Source of the DNA: Paragordius varius | Taxonomy: Eukaryota; Animalia; Nematomorpha | Reading direction: 5' to 3' | DNA length: 64,000 nt | NCBI GenBank assembly: GCA_964247055.1 | Contig: OZ176055.1 | Location: 6,758,001 to 6,822,000, forward strand | Part shown: positions 1 to 23,289 of the stretch, in pieces | How positions within the stretch are numbered: the stretch's first letter is position 1 | Layout: every line of letters starts with the position of its first letter | Notes under the pieces: model-generated | Seen by the model: only the letters and a program-made list of their open reading frames with translations | Told to the model about the DNA's origin: nothing | Databases searched by the model: none | Translations under genes and position numbers: made by a program

Positions 1-67
1 CCAAGTTTTCTGATAAAACAAACATGTTTTTTTTTAATATAATTAACGCGTGAAACTCATATGGATA

Positions 68-9918
<9,851 letters not shown>

Positions 9919-10489
9919 TTAAATTTAAAAAACGAATTATAATACATTATATCGACTTAAATTTTTTTACTAACGTGATAATGATAATATTTTTATCTTT
10001 TATTATATCATAAATATGTTTAAATTTTTAAACACTGTGAAAATGTTGATATTGTATTTTATCTGGCATTTTCCATAATTTCTTATTTATTTAATGTTTT
10101 GTCTTCTTATTTACACCCAATTTTATACTGTAAACGGACTCCAATAAATTTATTCTATATTTTCGTAACTTTACTCCACAAGAAGAATTCTATTTGATTA
10201 TTGATAATAATATTAATTCTCCATCAAGCCTAAAAGCAATACCATAAATTTACCTAAAAAATGTTTATATTTAATGTACTGTATACATTATTAAAGGTTA
10301 AATAATTATTTGAAAAATTTATTATAATAATAATAAAGGGATTATTAGTTTTCAGTAAAATGTTAAAAAGGATAAAAGGGCAACAAAGAAATAAATATAT
10401 ATAATTTATTAAAATAATTACAATAAATACCACATATATATAAAAATTATATGTAATATATTTATGTAATATATTATTATCCACTTAAA

Positions 10490-13400
10490 TCAATGGTTAG
10501 CCCATTCTGACAAATCTTGTAATACATCGGTAATATCCATATTTAGCATTGATGATATCTAAAGTATAATATCATAACACAATACAATTAATTAAATTCC
10601 TTTTTGTTCTAAAGATTACACTAGACAACAAATTTTTCTGCCACTCAAGTTTTTTGCATTTTTTGATATTTAATATCATTTTAACAGTAAATCTGAAATA
10701 AAAATTATAACTCGTTGGAAGAATTTTGTATAATTTGATTTTTTTTGATTATGCGCCCTCTTTATCAAAATTTTACTAAAAAATGTTTTTCTTTGAAAAT
10801 ATACAAGTAATGCCCATTTGTAATATATCATTCGAAAGAGTATTAAAAACTCTATAAAATGTATACTAATATGTATTATATCGACAGTTAATATTGGACA
10901 CAAAGAGCGACAAAGGCGCGAAGCGAGAGCATTTTTTTTATTATATTTTTAAAACTAATGGATGAAAATAGCTCAAACTTTGTTTAGATGGAGATGATTG
11001 TCCAAAAAAGATAACATTTTTTTTGATTAAAACATTTTTTATTGCTTTTATGTCACTCAAAACAGCCATTTTTAAGTTTTTTTGTTTTTTATAAATTACC
11101 ATCTCATCAATATTAATTTATTTTCTTTATAAAGCTGATAATTTCGAAAATTTAAAGATAAAAACAAAGTTTAAGGTATTTTTGATCTTTTATAGCCATT
11201 ATGTAATAAATTTACAGTTATAACTATGCATTTTACTATCCACTAGGTAAAATATTTATGATAATAATAATTTTTATTAAAAAAGCAAACCAAAAGCTTT
11301 TCCAAACATGTTTTAAATTAAATACTAATATAACCCTAATAATTATATTAAAACAATTTATATGATTTTCAAATTAGTTTGTCTGCGAAAATTCTTGACT
11401 TATTTAAGGATTGAAAATTTTGACCATTTAAATCCAAATAACTTTTACATCCGATGGATTTAAATGACTTACTACCATTTAAAAGATGCAGTTTTTTGCG
11501 CTCTTTCGAATGATATAAAATACACGGCTTTATATCTAAAACTTTAAATTTTCGAAATTTCGAGTTTAATGTTAAATCGGGGCCAAAAATTATCGATAAA
11601 CTCTAATATAAAAAAATTCTTCCATGTAGAACCAATTTTCTCTTCAGATATACTAATTATGTACTTTAATGAAATAAATTTTAAATTTACAAGAATGGCA
11701 GTTAAAAAAAGTTAAAATTTGTTGTCTAGTGTTATTAATTTATCAATTTAAAACACATAAATACCGATTTTATTAAAAATTTATACATTAAAATTAATTG
11801 ATATATACCATTTTTCATGCAAAAACATCATTTTTTCAACCAAATGCAACATTTTTTCAACCAAACGCAACATTTTTTCAAGCAAACGCAACATTTTTTC
11901 AAGCAAAGACATCATTTTTTCAAGCAAACGCAACATTTTTTCAAGCAAACGCAACATTTTTTCAAGCAAACGCAACATTTTTTCATCCAAACGCAACATT
12001 TTTTCAACCAAAGACAACATTTTTTCAACCAAAGACAACATTTTTTCAAGCAAAAACAACAATTTTTTATATAATTAAAAACCATTTTTTTTATTTTAAG
12101 ACATATTAAATTTAAAGTTAATGGAAATTAATTTTAGCGTAGAATTATGATTTTTATTATTTTATCATAAATATGTGATGGTATGATTGATTTTCAAACA
12201 AAATTTTGCCCATAATTGCATTATTTATATTATTTTATTCTTTTACAACTTTAGTTTAACCTTATCAGTCCATACATTTTGCGCTTCGAAATTGTCCTTG
12301 AAAATTTAAAGGTCCTAGAACACTTCAATTTGGTCCTTCAATATTTTAATTTGATTCTAACTTTTATTAATCAAGCAATATTATATTCATCTATCCTATC
12401 ATTAACCTATTTTCTTTATTTCCTAAACTTTTAAGGGAATACCATTTCTTTCATAAGAACCGTATATCAATATTATTTTTTATAAAAAATTTAACATTAT
12501 TAAACATCTAGGATTTGTGGGTTATTAATCGTAATATTTAGTTTAAAACATCAATAAGTTAATAATATTGATTTAAAGAAAATTAGTTCGAAACAAATAA
12601 AGATGTTTTTACTATAAAAATATTATTTTTGATTCAAATAGTAATAAATAAAGATATTAGATTAAATTAAAAAAATAGATAATTACTTACGAAAATAACG
12701 GTTGTTTGCAAAAAAATGAAAGAAACTTTAAACAAGACACTCTTAAAGCGCAAGTTGTATTTATTGATTTAGTGAAACTGTTGTAGAAAAAATATAATAT
12801 AAATAATGCAATTATGGGCAAAATGTTGTTTGAAAATCAATCATACCATCACATATTTATGATAAAATAATAAAAATCATAATTCTACGCTAAAATTAAT
12901 TTCCATTAACTTTAAATTTAATATGTCTTAAAATAAAAAAAATGGTTTTTAATTTTTAAAAAATTGTTGTTTTTGCTTGAAAAAATGTTGTCTTTGGTTG
13001 AAAAAATGTTGCGTTTGGATGAAAAAATGTTGCGTTTGCTTGAAAAAATGTTGCGTTTGCTTGAAAAAATGTTGCGTTTGGATGAAAAAATGTTGCGTTT
13101 GCTTGAAAAAAATGATGTCTTTGCTTGAAAAAATGTTGCGTTTGCTTGAAAAAATGTTGCGTTTGGTTGAAAAAATGTTGCATTTGGTTGAAAAAATGAT
13201 GTTTTTGCATGAAAAATGGTATAACATAAAAAGTAAAAGACAAATATTTTTTAGACATTGATTATTTTTGATATAACTTATCGTTTTGATTGCGAAATAA
13301 ACGGCATAAATATGTAAAATGATCCAATACCTAATTATATATATATATATATATATATCTCTCACAGTGGTTCCCAAAAGGGCCGTAGAAAAATCTTAGG

Positions 13401-16400
13401 GCGCGAAAACTTTGAAGAATTTAATTAAAAAATAAAACTAGAAATAAATTGGATTTATACGAGATTTATCTAGATTCGTCACCGATATGTAAAAAATATT
13501 TCAAAAAATGCAGATAAAAGGATTTACATTTTTATCTTGGATTTTTTGAGAGTGGAGGCAAAAATATTTTCAATTTGGTGGGGCGTGAACAGAAATAGGT
13601 TAGAAACCACTGACTTAAGATATGTAGAAAAATCAAGGATCATAAATAATTGTTTACTTTTTAAAAAGAACATTTGTCTGTATACTTTTTTGTTTTGTGT
13701 TTTAATTTTCGATTTTTACTGTTATACAAGTGTTTTTATCATACGATTTCATTAAAGTAAAAACTTTTATAATTGATATAAAACACATTGAAAAATACCT
13801 ACCCCCTTTCCATATTCCTGCAGATCTAATGCCAATTGTTGTCTAATTTTCATTTCATTTTCACTCAGCGGAGGTGTGGATTCATTCAAAGTTATTGAGT
13901 CATTAAGATTATTACCATTAATCAAGGAATCTTCAGTGAGTGTAGATGCAGTAGTCGATAATATACCCTTAACACGTTTTAATCGTTTCAAACTTTCCTC
14001 AGTTTTTTGTACATTTTCTAATAGTTCCCCTATTGCCTGTTTTAATCTAGATAGATTTTGGTTTAATTAATATAAATATTAAAAAGGATAGAATTCTTTC
14101 TTGTTAATAATAAACTAGTAAGCAGGATTGATTTAATTAATATTAAAGTTATATATATTATTACAATATATATATTACTATTTTATATAAAAATATTGTT
14201 TAATTATTTTAGTTTAAGGGCATTTGCTAAAGGCAATTTTTAAACAATTTCTTTTTTCCAAAAAAATCATAAGTTGATTTACTTTTCATTGACAAATTTG
14301 CTTCCAGATTTTAAAAGTGCATTAGTTATATCATCCGTAGAGGTCATATTAATTGTAAGCAATTCTTGATTATAATTGCATAAAAGCTGGTGGAATCGAT
14401 TAAATGCTTGAATTAATTCTCCAATATAAGCCGATGGTTGAGTTGGCACACTAAATTAAATTAATGATTATAATTACAAATAAAAATGAGTATAAGTTAA
14501 ATAAATAGTTTTACATAATTTTTTTTATAAAATGGTTTTTTTGTCGAAGAATAAACTATGACAACTCATATTACTTACTAGCCATGTAAAAAGCATAAAA
14601 ATCCAGGTTGTTTAAATATTTTTGATGTTAATTAAATTATCATCAAAAAAGCTCAGTTTTTAGCTATGATTTTGTTTTGTCAAATTTTAGAGAGCCATAA
14701 TAAATTGTATGCAGTTACCCCATTTTTGGTAAATATAATAATGCAATCAAATTAAAATATTTTTTAAGAAAGTTGCACACGTTATTAAAATGGTCTAAAA
14801 CTAAAGTATAGATTAATTTGCAAGAATAAACCGCTTAGTGTGACGATATATTTTTGGAATGTCCTGCATTTTTCGTACAATTTCATCCAAGTGATTGTGT
14901 TTGATAAAAGTTTGGTTAACAATTTCGTTTTCTAATTTACCCCTTATTTGATCGCTTTGTAATGCTTCAATTTTGGATGATATGATCTCTAAAATATATA
15001 CAGAATATTTAAATCATATTGTTTAAATGTGATTCAAGTTCAAAATATTTATTAAAGAAATATTGAATTCAATCGCAATCCAAAAATCATTTATTAATAA
15101 AATAATACTTTGGAAAGTTTGTGTAAATGAATTGAGGTCAGGAAACTCAATTTGTGGTGTTGTGATATTGGCATTTAGTGATTTATTTTTTTCGATATAA
15201 AGTTCTTCAAGGCGAGGTAACACGTATTCAATAAACCAAAATTTGAGCTGAATAAATTAATTGGATGTTAAAAAATATTATAATGATAATTTAATTCTTA
15301 AAATTAATCATATTCAAAAAATTCATCAAAATATTTTGATATTTTATTTGATAATTTTATTACACTAAAATGGACATAAAAATTTATTTTATACTAATAT
15401 TTTTTATGCTATCTATTTGCCTGAGTAAAATATTGACTATTAATGAAACCTGGTTTTTGAGTGCTGAAAGATCCAACAATAGATAATATGCAAATTTATC
15501 CCAATCATCAATCATGATACTGTTAGATACCTGTAAATTAAAAAAAAATATTACTTAAAAACACAAATTTATAAACAAAAAATTTATAAATAATAAATAA
15601 TAAAAATTAAAACATTTCATCAAATATTAATTCCTATTATATAAATTTATTTTTTTAGATATTTACTAAAATGTTTATAAGCCAAATACTCAAAAAAAGT
15701 ATGTATAATTTTATAAATTAGTTATTTACATGATAGATAGACGGTTTTTTTTAAATGGGAGGTGTAATTATCAGCTATTTTATTTATACAATATTGATTT
15801 TTTTGATTTAACAACAATATACAAACCCATATCGATGTGATATTAGCAAATTAAGAGAGTATTTAATCCTTGAAATTTAAATTACGCAAAAAAATAAAAT
15901 ATCTATCAAAAATTTCAGGTCATATATAACATGAACGAAAAAAAGTCGGTATAATTTTCTAAAAAAACCATATTTAAAACTTATAAATTCTAGTTTCTAA
16001 ACTAACGCTGTTATTCAAATTGTTTGATAAGTATTAATGTGTAATAAATAATATGCAAGCAGTGCAGCGATAAAATTCAAATTTTATTGCAAAATAAACT
16101 CTTTGTTACAAAAATTTTAGTGAATTATTAACTAAGTAAAATTAGTTTTCTCGCTGGTAAAACGGACAGTTTATTTAAAGAAAAGTCGGCAGTATAATTT
16201 TAAAAGCGTATCTTGCCCAAATACATTTATTAAAATCATGCCGTTTACGAAATAAATACCATTTCCAAAAATAGATGGCAGAGATTAAATAGAAATTCTT
16301 TAATAACTAATAAATATTATGTCATTCTTTATTTTTTAAAAAAATAAATATTTTATAACCAAAATTTATTTTTTAATTTAAATTTAACGTCTAAAATAAG

Positions 16401-19400
16401 CCATGTATAAAACGCTTAGACGCGTCAAGTAGTATGACAAACATAAAATTAGCTTATCTATAAAAATAAAACAACTGTTTTAAAAAAATTCACAGCAAGA
16501 GAACAAATGTAATTTTATATGGATTTCGCAAACATATTATCGTATATATTCAAATTTCAATTTTCAACTTTAATACCCTAAGAAAATATGCTATAACTTG
16601 TTTACTTAAACCATAATGTGTTAATTAAAAAAATATTTGTTAAGTTTTTTTCATAAAACTATATAAAAATAATGAAAATTAATGTTATTAATTACCTCTT
16701 CAATCCATGTCATATATCTCGATAAAAGTTGTAAACTCAACTGCCAAAATTCCGCACATAACTTGTCAATGAAAATGTATTTGAAGGAACATATATTATC
16801 ATCCTTTTCATTATTAAAATTCTCAATGTTGGAATTATCAACAGCCCATATATTCGTTAAACATTGGAGAAGTGTGACGCTTGGGATCAAACAACAATTC
16901 TTATTGTCCCAATTAGACTGGTGGTATTCTTTATCTAATAAAAAAAATCTTCATTTCTATATAAATGTATATTTAAAAATTTAATTTAAATTCGTCTAAA
17001 TAATAAAAAATTATCAATTAAAACTTGTATAAGATTAATATTACATGAATGTTAAGTAGGTACTATAAAATAAATCAATGTTCCGCTTACATATTCAAAG
17101 AAAATTTGGATGTTAAACCGAAAGTTAGTGAAAATTTCTTAAAACACTTTAATTTTTTAAAACCGATTCAACAACCTCTGAATGTTATATAAAACATACA
17201 ACGATTAATGAAAATTTTCACTTGCAATAATTAACATATCTTTTGATAAAAGAGATCCATCCTTGTTCATAAGATGTGTTTCAAATTTTTCAGCTATTTC
17301 TTGGAATCTAAATAAAGGTCAAAAATATAGTAGTTATACATATCAAAGTCATTATTATCAAAACTAATATTACATATGAGTTAAATAACCTTATCTGATA
17401 GTATAGATCCAAATTCCAAACGTCTTCCGTAATTTCCAAATAGCTTGGAAGTTTTTCAAATTCTGCAAGAGTATTAGGAATCTCATGATCAAATATTGAT
17501 TCAAATTGGTGGACAAATTTTTGTGTCAAAATGTAATTCTAAAGTCGGTAGAGCAAAAAAATGAGGTAAAAAAATAAACCATAATTTTTAAATAATTAAT
17601 CAATATTAACTTAATAATGGAAAGGAAATACATAATATTTAAATAACTTTAGTAAAATTTGTTGTGAATTAACTGTTATTTAATTTTATTCTTTAAATGC
17701 GCCTTTATTTTTAACACAAATTTTAAAATAGCATGATAGCGCAGGGTAGTTAATATAAACCATCTTTCACCCAATTTCATTCCAGAACTTTTGATCTTTA
17801 CCTTCGTTTTTATTAAACAACGAAAAATTTGTGCAAAAATATTCCAGAACCCTAATAAATTTCAAGTTTTTTCCTGATTTAATATAGATAATTTCATTAA
17901 AAATAGTCTAATTAACGTTACGATAATTAATTTTTTATCATAATATTATCCATTTTATCTATATAATATAAAAATTATTTATGATTGAAAAAAAAACCAG
18001 GTCTCCAAATAGGAGGAAATTGATACATTTATTTTGGATAATGCCATAACTGATTAAACAATTTTTCTCTTTGTGGCATCAACAAAATATGGCTATATGG
18101 TTTTAACCCAATAAAATTTTACTTGCTAAAAAATATAAATTAGGGCCCATGTGAATGAGACTACCATTCTGTTGAGATGAGGAATTTTTGAGCCTGTTTA
18201 TTTTTCCAGGATTAAGTTGATTACAAAATCCGATATCTTGAGAACTCGAAATGTTTTCGGAATCTCAAAACTGTACTAAATCTAATCTTTGTATATGGTA
18301 GTTTATGGAAATTTTTAACATGTATTAAAATTTTTTCGATGTTTTCTAAAGGTTATAATGTTTTGGTGCTTTAGTTTTATATATTTAGGCAAGAAATGTA
18401 TATGCCATTTACCTATTCTGAAAGGGGTGTACCTGATATTTATATAACCAAGTCTTTCAACTGAATATTTATAATATCCTTAAATATGATAACTGCAGAT
18501 ATATTTCTTAAAGGTCCAGAATATGTCACATAAATTTTTTCATCCTCACTTGAAACTTTTCTAAATGGTAATATCATAAATGGTTCTAATTTAATGCCCA
18601 AGTGTTTCACTTACAAATAAGCTAATTCTTTGATATAAGATGTGAACAAATAACTAAAAAACCATTAGCATACACAAATACATGTCATAATGATTTATGA
18701 TGCAACTTTTCTTGTAAAAATTTTTTTTATCATATTATTTAATATTAATTATTTCTTTTTTTATTTGATCTATTAAAAAAGATACTACCATGTATCAAAA
18801 GTTTTGAATATAGTTTTTTTTATAAATTTTACAAGAATTCAAAAAAATATATGATGAAACAAAACTAACATTGTGATATATAATTTAAAGAATTAAAATT
18901 GTGTTAACTTAAAATTTAACTTATTTTTTAGAAAACCGCTGAGTAGCTCCTATTGTGGGTTATGGAATTGTTTTAGCTTAAATCACCCAAATGCACATTA
19001 TTGTTAGGTTAATTTAAGGGATTTCATAATATAATTATAATAACTAAAAATTTTAAGGCACTTAACAAAAATTATATATAAGATGTCTTCTTTTTTGGTT
19101 ATATTTATAATATTTTTGCGAAAACTTTTGCGAATTATAGAGTTAGAAGGCCATCTTTGTAAAAAACAAAATGTTTGAATGGAAGAAAATGGATAGAATT
19201 GAAAAAAAAAGTTTTAAATTATTAACTTTTCACGGCTAACATGCTATTGTATAGTTTTAATGTTTTTAAAAAAAATTAAACATTCAAAAAGGACACATCT
19301 AGAAGTTTTAGTTTTTTTTCATAATTGATAAAAATGTCTTGTTTCCCAGAAATTAAAGTAACTATAACAAGTTTAATGTAAAAGATGAATTAAAAAAAGT

Positions 19401-22340
19401 GTTAAAAAGTAAGTTTGGAAAAATAGGTTTAATTATGCAATTATTTCAACGAAAAAAAATGTTTATACGGCATGAAAATAGTCAGGATCATTGGTTGATG
19501 TTATGGTACTTGAAGAAAAATGTTTCTTAAACAAAGTAACAAACCCTTCCCAAAAGGCATGAATATAAAAATTGTATCCAGGCGGAATATGTAGAGACAA
19601 ATAACTAATATAAAAAACAATTCATCATTTACAATTCAAATTCACCCTTAAACAATTCAAATTCACCCTTGAACAATTTAAATAAAAATAAATTAAGTGT
19701 TTTTTAAGATTTAAAATTACTTATATTTTTATATATTTTTAAAAAATGTAATTTTGTTTAAAATTAAAATAATACTGAAAAAATAATAAAATTATGCAAT
19801 GAAGATATACTTTTTATTAATAATTAGTTATATTATATAGTTTGAAAACACGCAATATATATTTAGGGTAAATTTGAATTGTTCAAGGGTGAATTTAATT
19901 GTTCGAGGGTGAATTTGAATTAAAGGGTGACTTTGAACTGAAAATGGTGTATATAAATTTTATAAATTAATTTTAAAAATTATTAGACTTAAGAAAAATA
20001 AACTAAAAAACAAACTTGTTGTTATTATCAGGGTTAATAATATTTTGTGGTGCGTTTTGACAAAGAACCGAGTATTTTTCACTCAATATTTCCATAATAA
20101 ATTTATAGAAATTGTCCAAATCTTGTGTGGATATTTGAACCTTTTGAAAAACTCCGGATTCTCTTAAAAACTATGAATGGTAAAATAAATAAATTAAAAT
20201 ATTGAAAATAAATTATTATATATCAATTAAACACAATACAGTAAAATTTTTAATAGATCTTAGGAATAAAATTTATTAAGTGTATTATATAAATATTATG
20301 CTCTATTTTATTCATTTTTCGAAAAAGTGGAAATTATAAATAATTAAAAAATTGTAGGTTATTATTTATTTTTTTACAAAAATTGGCTGATAGCGATCGA
20401 AAAGATGTAGTCTATGGATAATTTGAAATATATAAGGGCGAAAAATGATTAGCATTAAATTGAATAAAAATTTATAGAAGCTAAATAATTTATTTTGAAA
20501 AAATCCATTGAAAAAGATACTACCATGTATCGAAAATTTTGGATAAGTTCAATTTCATAAATTTTACGAGAATTTAAATTATCATTTTAACATAAAATAT
20601 TCTTCTCGTTGACAATATTAAAGGTTAAAAAATTAGAGTATGCTTACCCTTTCTAAATCGGATACAAACATTAGTTTTACAGAGGATTCAACAATTTCTT
20701 CATTGTCCAAAATTGTGTAAATGTTTAAAATTCTCTCAAAACTTTCGTTAAATATGTGTCTATTTTCTAAAAAAAATTTTAGATGAGAACTATTATCTAA
20801 AATTATAAAAAGCTAAAAATATTCAAAGATAAATTTAAAAAAATTAAATACCGGCTGTATTGTTCGGCGTTCCCAATATGTTTGATAATATTTTTTGGGT
20901 TAATACATTAGTAGTTTCTATAATATCCTTTACAAGCATGGATAATTTCTGTAAAAAACGTATATTTATAGAACAATACAATTTATTTTAAGGCCCCCAA
21001 TAACTTTGCAATTAGATTAAAAACTGAATTTATAGAACAAAACGTAAAAATAGAAAGACAAATATTTTTTTCTAAAAAAACCATGCTTAAAAATCTTGAT
21101 TTATTTCAATATAACTCATTGTTTTAATTGGCAAAGTGTGAAATAGAGATATATATTACTAACACAATCAATTCTATATTTTATAATTGTAACTAAATAG
21201 CTTATGTGAGGAAAATTTATTGTTTTGAAAAATATGGTTGTCTTTTAGATTAAAATATCTGTCTTTAATTTTTACATTTTGTCCATATAATATTAATTGT
21301 GCAATTAAAAGGCAAAGTTTTTAGTCCAATCATGAGACTGCTTCGGGTAATCAAATTTTTTCAAAAATACATAGCTCATTATCCGCATCATGGCGCTAAA
21401 AAAACTTTTTTGATTAAAATATTAGTGATATATTTTATTTAATATTAATATTTGATAACTCCTAGTATTTTATATGCAAAAAAATTTAACCAAATAATTT
21501 TTGTGTTGGCTAATTATGATGGTTGAAATTTAAGACAAATTTAGGGAAGATGGAGTAAAAGACGATTATAAAATTTGACCATAACATAAAAATTAATTTT
21601 TGATATCCAAAGATTTGTTCCATAAAGTAGAAAAAAATATATAAAAATGAGATTAAATTATATACATTATAATAAGGTTTATCACTATCATTGCCAATTT
21701 TGTTGGCAAATTGAGTAGCATGTTTATGCAAAAATGATAGATATTCAATATCATCCAAAATATATTCCAAATTTTTATTTTTAGTTGTTATATTATCGAT
21801 GTTTTGGTCATATATTTCAAAAATCCGAGTTTTAAGGTTAGGAGGAAAATTCAAATCTACAGAATCTAAAGTGGATACACAAGATTTTATATCCTGAAAA
21901 AATTAAAATAATATACATTTTCCCGAATTTCGTTCATCGATGATGCAACAACATAATCCACTTCTAGGCATAATGAGTTATATAAGTTTTCTATGTTATT
22001 AACTTCATTACAAAGTGCAATATAAGGCTTGTTAAAAGTATTATATTTATGATCAAAATCGGACTCTAATTAATTATGGTGTAAAACCAATTTATGGGTG
22101 AAATCGATAAATTGTGAATAATTGTCGTTGATTAAATCATATATTTTTAAACTAATTTCTTTTGAGAAAAGAGCCAAATCATTTTGTAAATTTTCTAAAT
22201 CGGAATAATCTTTGTAATGGTCAAGAAAAAATTTATTTATATCAAAAGTGTCCTAATTTATTATTAATATTATTTGTTACTTGTAAAAGCACATCTCTAC
22301 GAAAACACATTTTAGTCGCATTTTTTTCGTGTGCATTCAT
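10490..22340 (-). CDS. COG2: Conserved oligomeric Golgi complex subunit 2, ~17 exons: 22340-22281, 22252-22088, 22063-21917, 21893-21666, 20948-20852, 20766-20648, ~20170-20016, ~19594-19469, 17538-17390, ~17307-17223, ~16935-16696, ~15530-15452, ~15250-15113, ~14989-14832, ~14451-14283, ~14045-13803, 10558-10490
   Basis: Motifs match COG2 as I recall it: MCF..D.....[89 protein letters not shown]. The last exon is assigned by phase only. Confidence 0.9.
10619..11731. mobile_element. Non-autonomous CMC (Chapaev3-like) DNA transposon, copy 2, in the last COG2 intron
   Basis: TTA|CACTAGACAACAAATTT ... AAATTTGTTGTCTAGTG|TTA. Perfect 17-bp TIR and TTA duplication. Confidence 0.8.
11806..13221. 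mobile_element. Foldback element family B (~430-bp inverted arms, 21-bp repeat TTTTCAAGCAAACGCAACATT)
   Basis: TACCATTTTTCATGC at the left and GCATGAAAAATGGTA at the right. Arms 11806-12240 and ~12790-13221 are reverse complements. The centre contains family-C-like sequence. Confidence 0.88.
13365..13612. mobile_element. hAT (Buster/Charlie-type) MITE
   Basis: CAGTGGTTCCCAAA ... TAGAAACCACTG termini. The right flank ACTTAAGA has the NNNTANNN shape typical of Buster targets, but the left 8-mer does not match. Confidence 0.65.
19623..19950. mobile_element. Foldback/MITE family A copy in a COG2 intron
   Basis: 21-bp TTCACCCTTAAACAATTCAAA repeats at the left, and their reverse complement ending AAAATGGT at the right. 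Confidence 0.75.
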
Positions 22341-22351
22341 TTATAGGGTTG

Positions 22352-22738
22352 ATGGAAGAATCAGACGCTACTGAATTAAATTTTCCTCCACCTTTCGATA
22401 AAGCAGACACGCTGTTAATATCAGAGATCCATAAATTGTTGGAACACCGTATCAAACAAAATGAAAACGAAGATTTTGATTTCTCTGACATTTTCAATAA
22501 AACCTTGAATTATACTCAGCGTTTTAGCCGCTTTAAAAATCAGGATACAATTATTGCTGTTAGGAACCTTCTCACGGGATATAAACTGCATAAATTTGAA
22601 ATTGCAGCCCTTGCGAATTTATGTCCCGAAACTGCTGAAGAAGCCATTTCCCTTATCCCCTCACTTTCCCGTATGGATGATTCCCAATTACAACAAATTC
22701 TTGATGATATGCATGCCAAACGGAGTTTACAATATTAA
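22352..22738 (+). CDS. POLR2D: RNA polymerase II subunit RPB4, intronless CDS, 128 aa
   Basis: [77 protein letters not shown]...KRSLQY. AATAAA follows at ~22766. Confidence 0.97.
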   Translation: MEESDATELNFPPPFDKADTLLISEIHKLLEHRIKQNENEDFDFSDIFNKTLNYTQRFSRFKNQDTIIAVRNLLTGYKLHKFEIAALANLCPETAEEAISLIPSLSRMDDSQLQQILDDMHAKRSLQY

Positions 22739-23289
22739 TTTGATTTATACAAATCTTATTTTAAAATAAATATATTATAGATTAAGTATATGATTGATTA
22801 ATTTATTATTCCTAAACTGATATTTAAGTTAAATATTTGTTTTAGGGACAGCGATATTCTCATGATATTTGACTGTATCACAAGCGGTCATATTTAAAAA
22901 GTGTTAATTGATATTATACAAACAACAATTATCTAATAATCGTTGCGAAAAATTAAAAACTGCGGTTGGTTTTTTTTTCCAATAAAACAAAAAAAACTAT
23001 GATTAAATGTAATAACCCATTAAAACCTTACATATTGGAATGGATATCGGTTTTCAAAAATTTAACAAATAGGTCTATTTTTTTGATTTGTCTATCTAGT
23101 TCACAAGCAAAAATAAGACCTATATTACCTTTTTAAATTTAATTTAATTTTCCATTTTGAGTGTAAAGTCAGTGGCGTACCGAGCATTTGCGGCGCTCGG
23201 GGAAATAAACTCTTAAGGCGTCCCTTTTTTGAAACCCAGTAAAAAAATTTTTTTTAAAAATTTAAACTGAACAGAGCCGGCTTGTGCAG

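Noticed and set aside
11781-13377. Repeat-protein ORFs (MQKHHFF.., EKMLRLL.., KKCCV..) or a CRISPR-like array
   Set aside because: These are translations of 21-bp tandem repeats in foldback arms. They are open in several frames on both strands, with no unique spacers and no cas genes.
17950-18660. Possible decayed reverse-transcriptase (Penelope-like) remnant on the minus strand in a COG2 intron (SGTPLS motif)
   Set aside because: Only one weak motif amid many stops, with no recognisable YxDD. It cannot be supported without a tBLASTn/HMM search.
22064-22087. In-frame TAA in COG2 read as stop-codon reassignment or readthrough
   Set aside because: TAA terminates RPB4, PGAM5 and the GPCR. The segment has GT-AG ends, and its removal gives the gap-free alignment.
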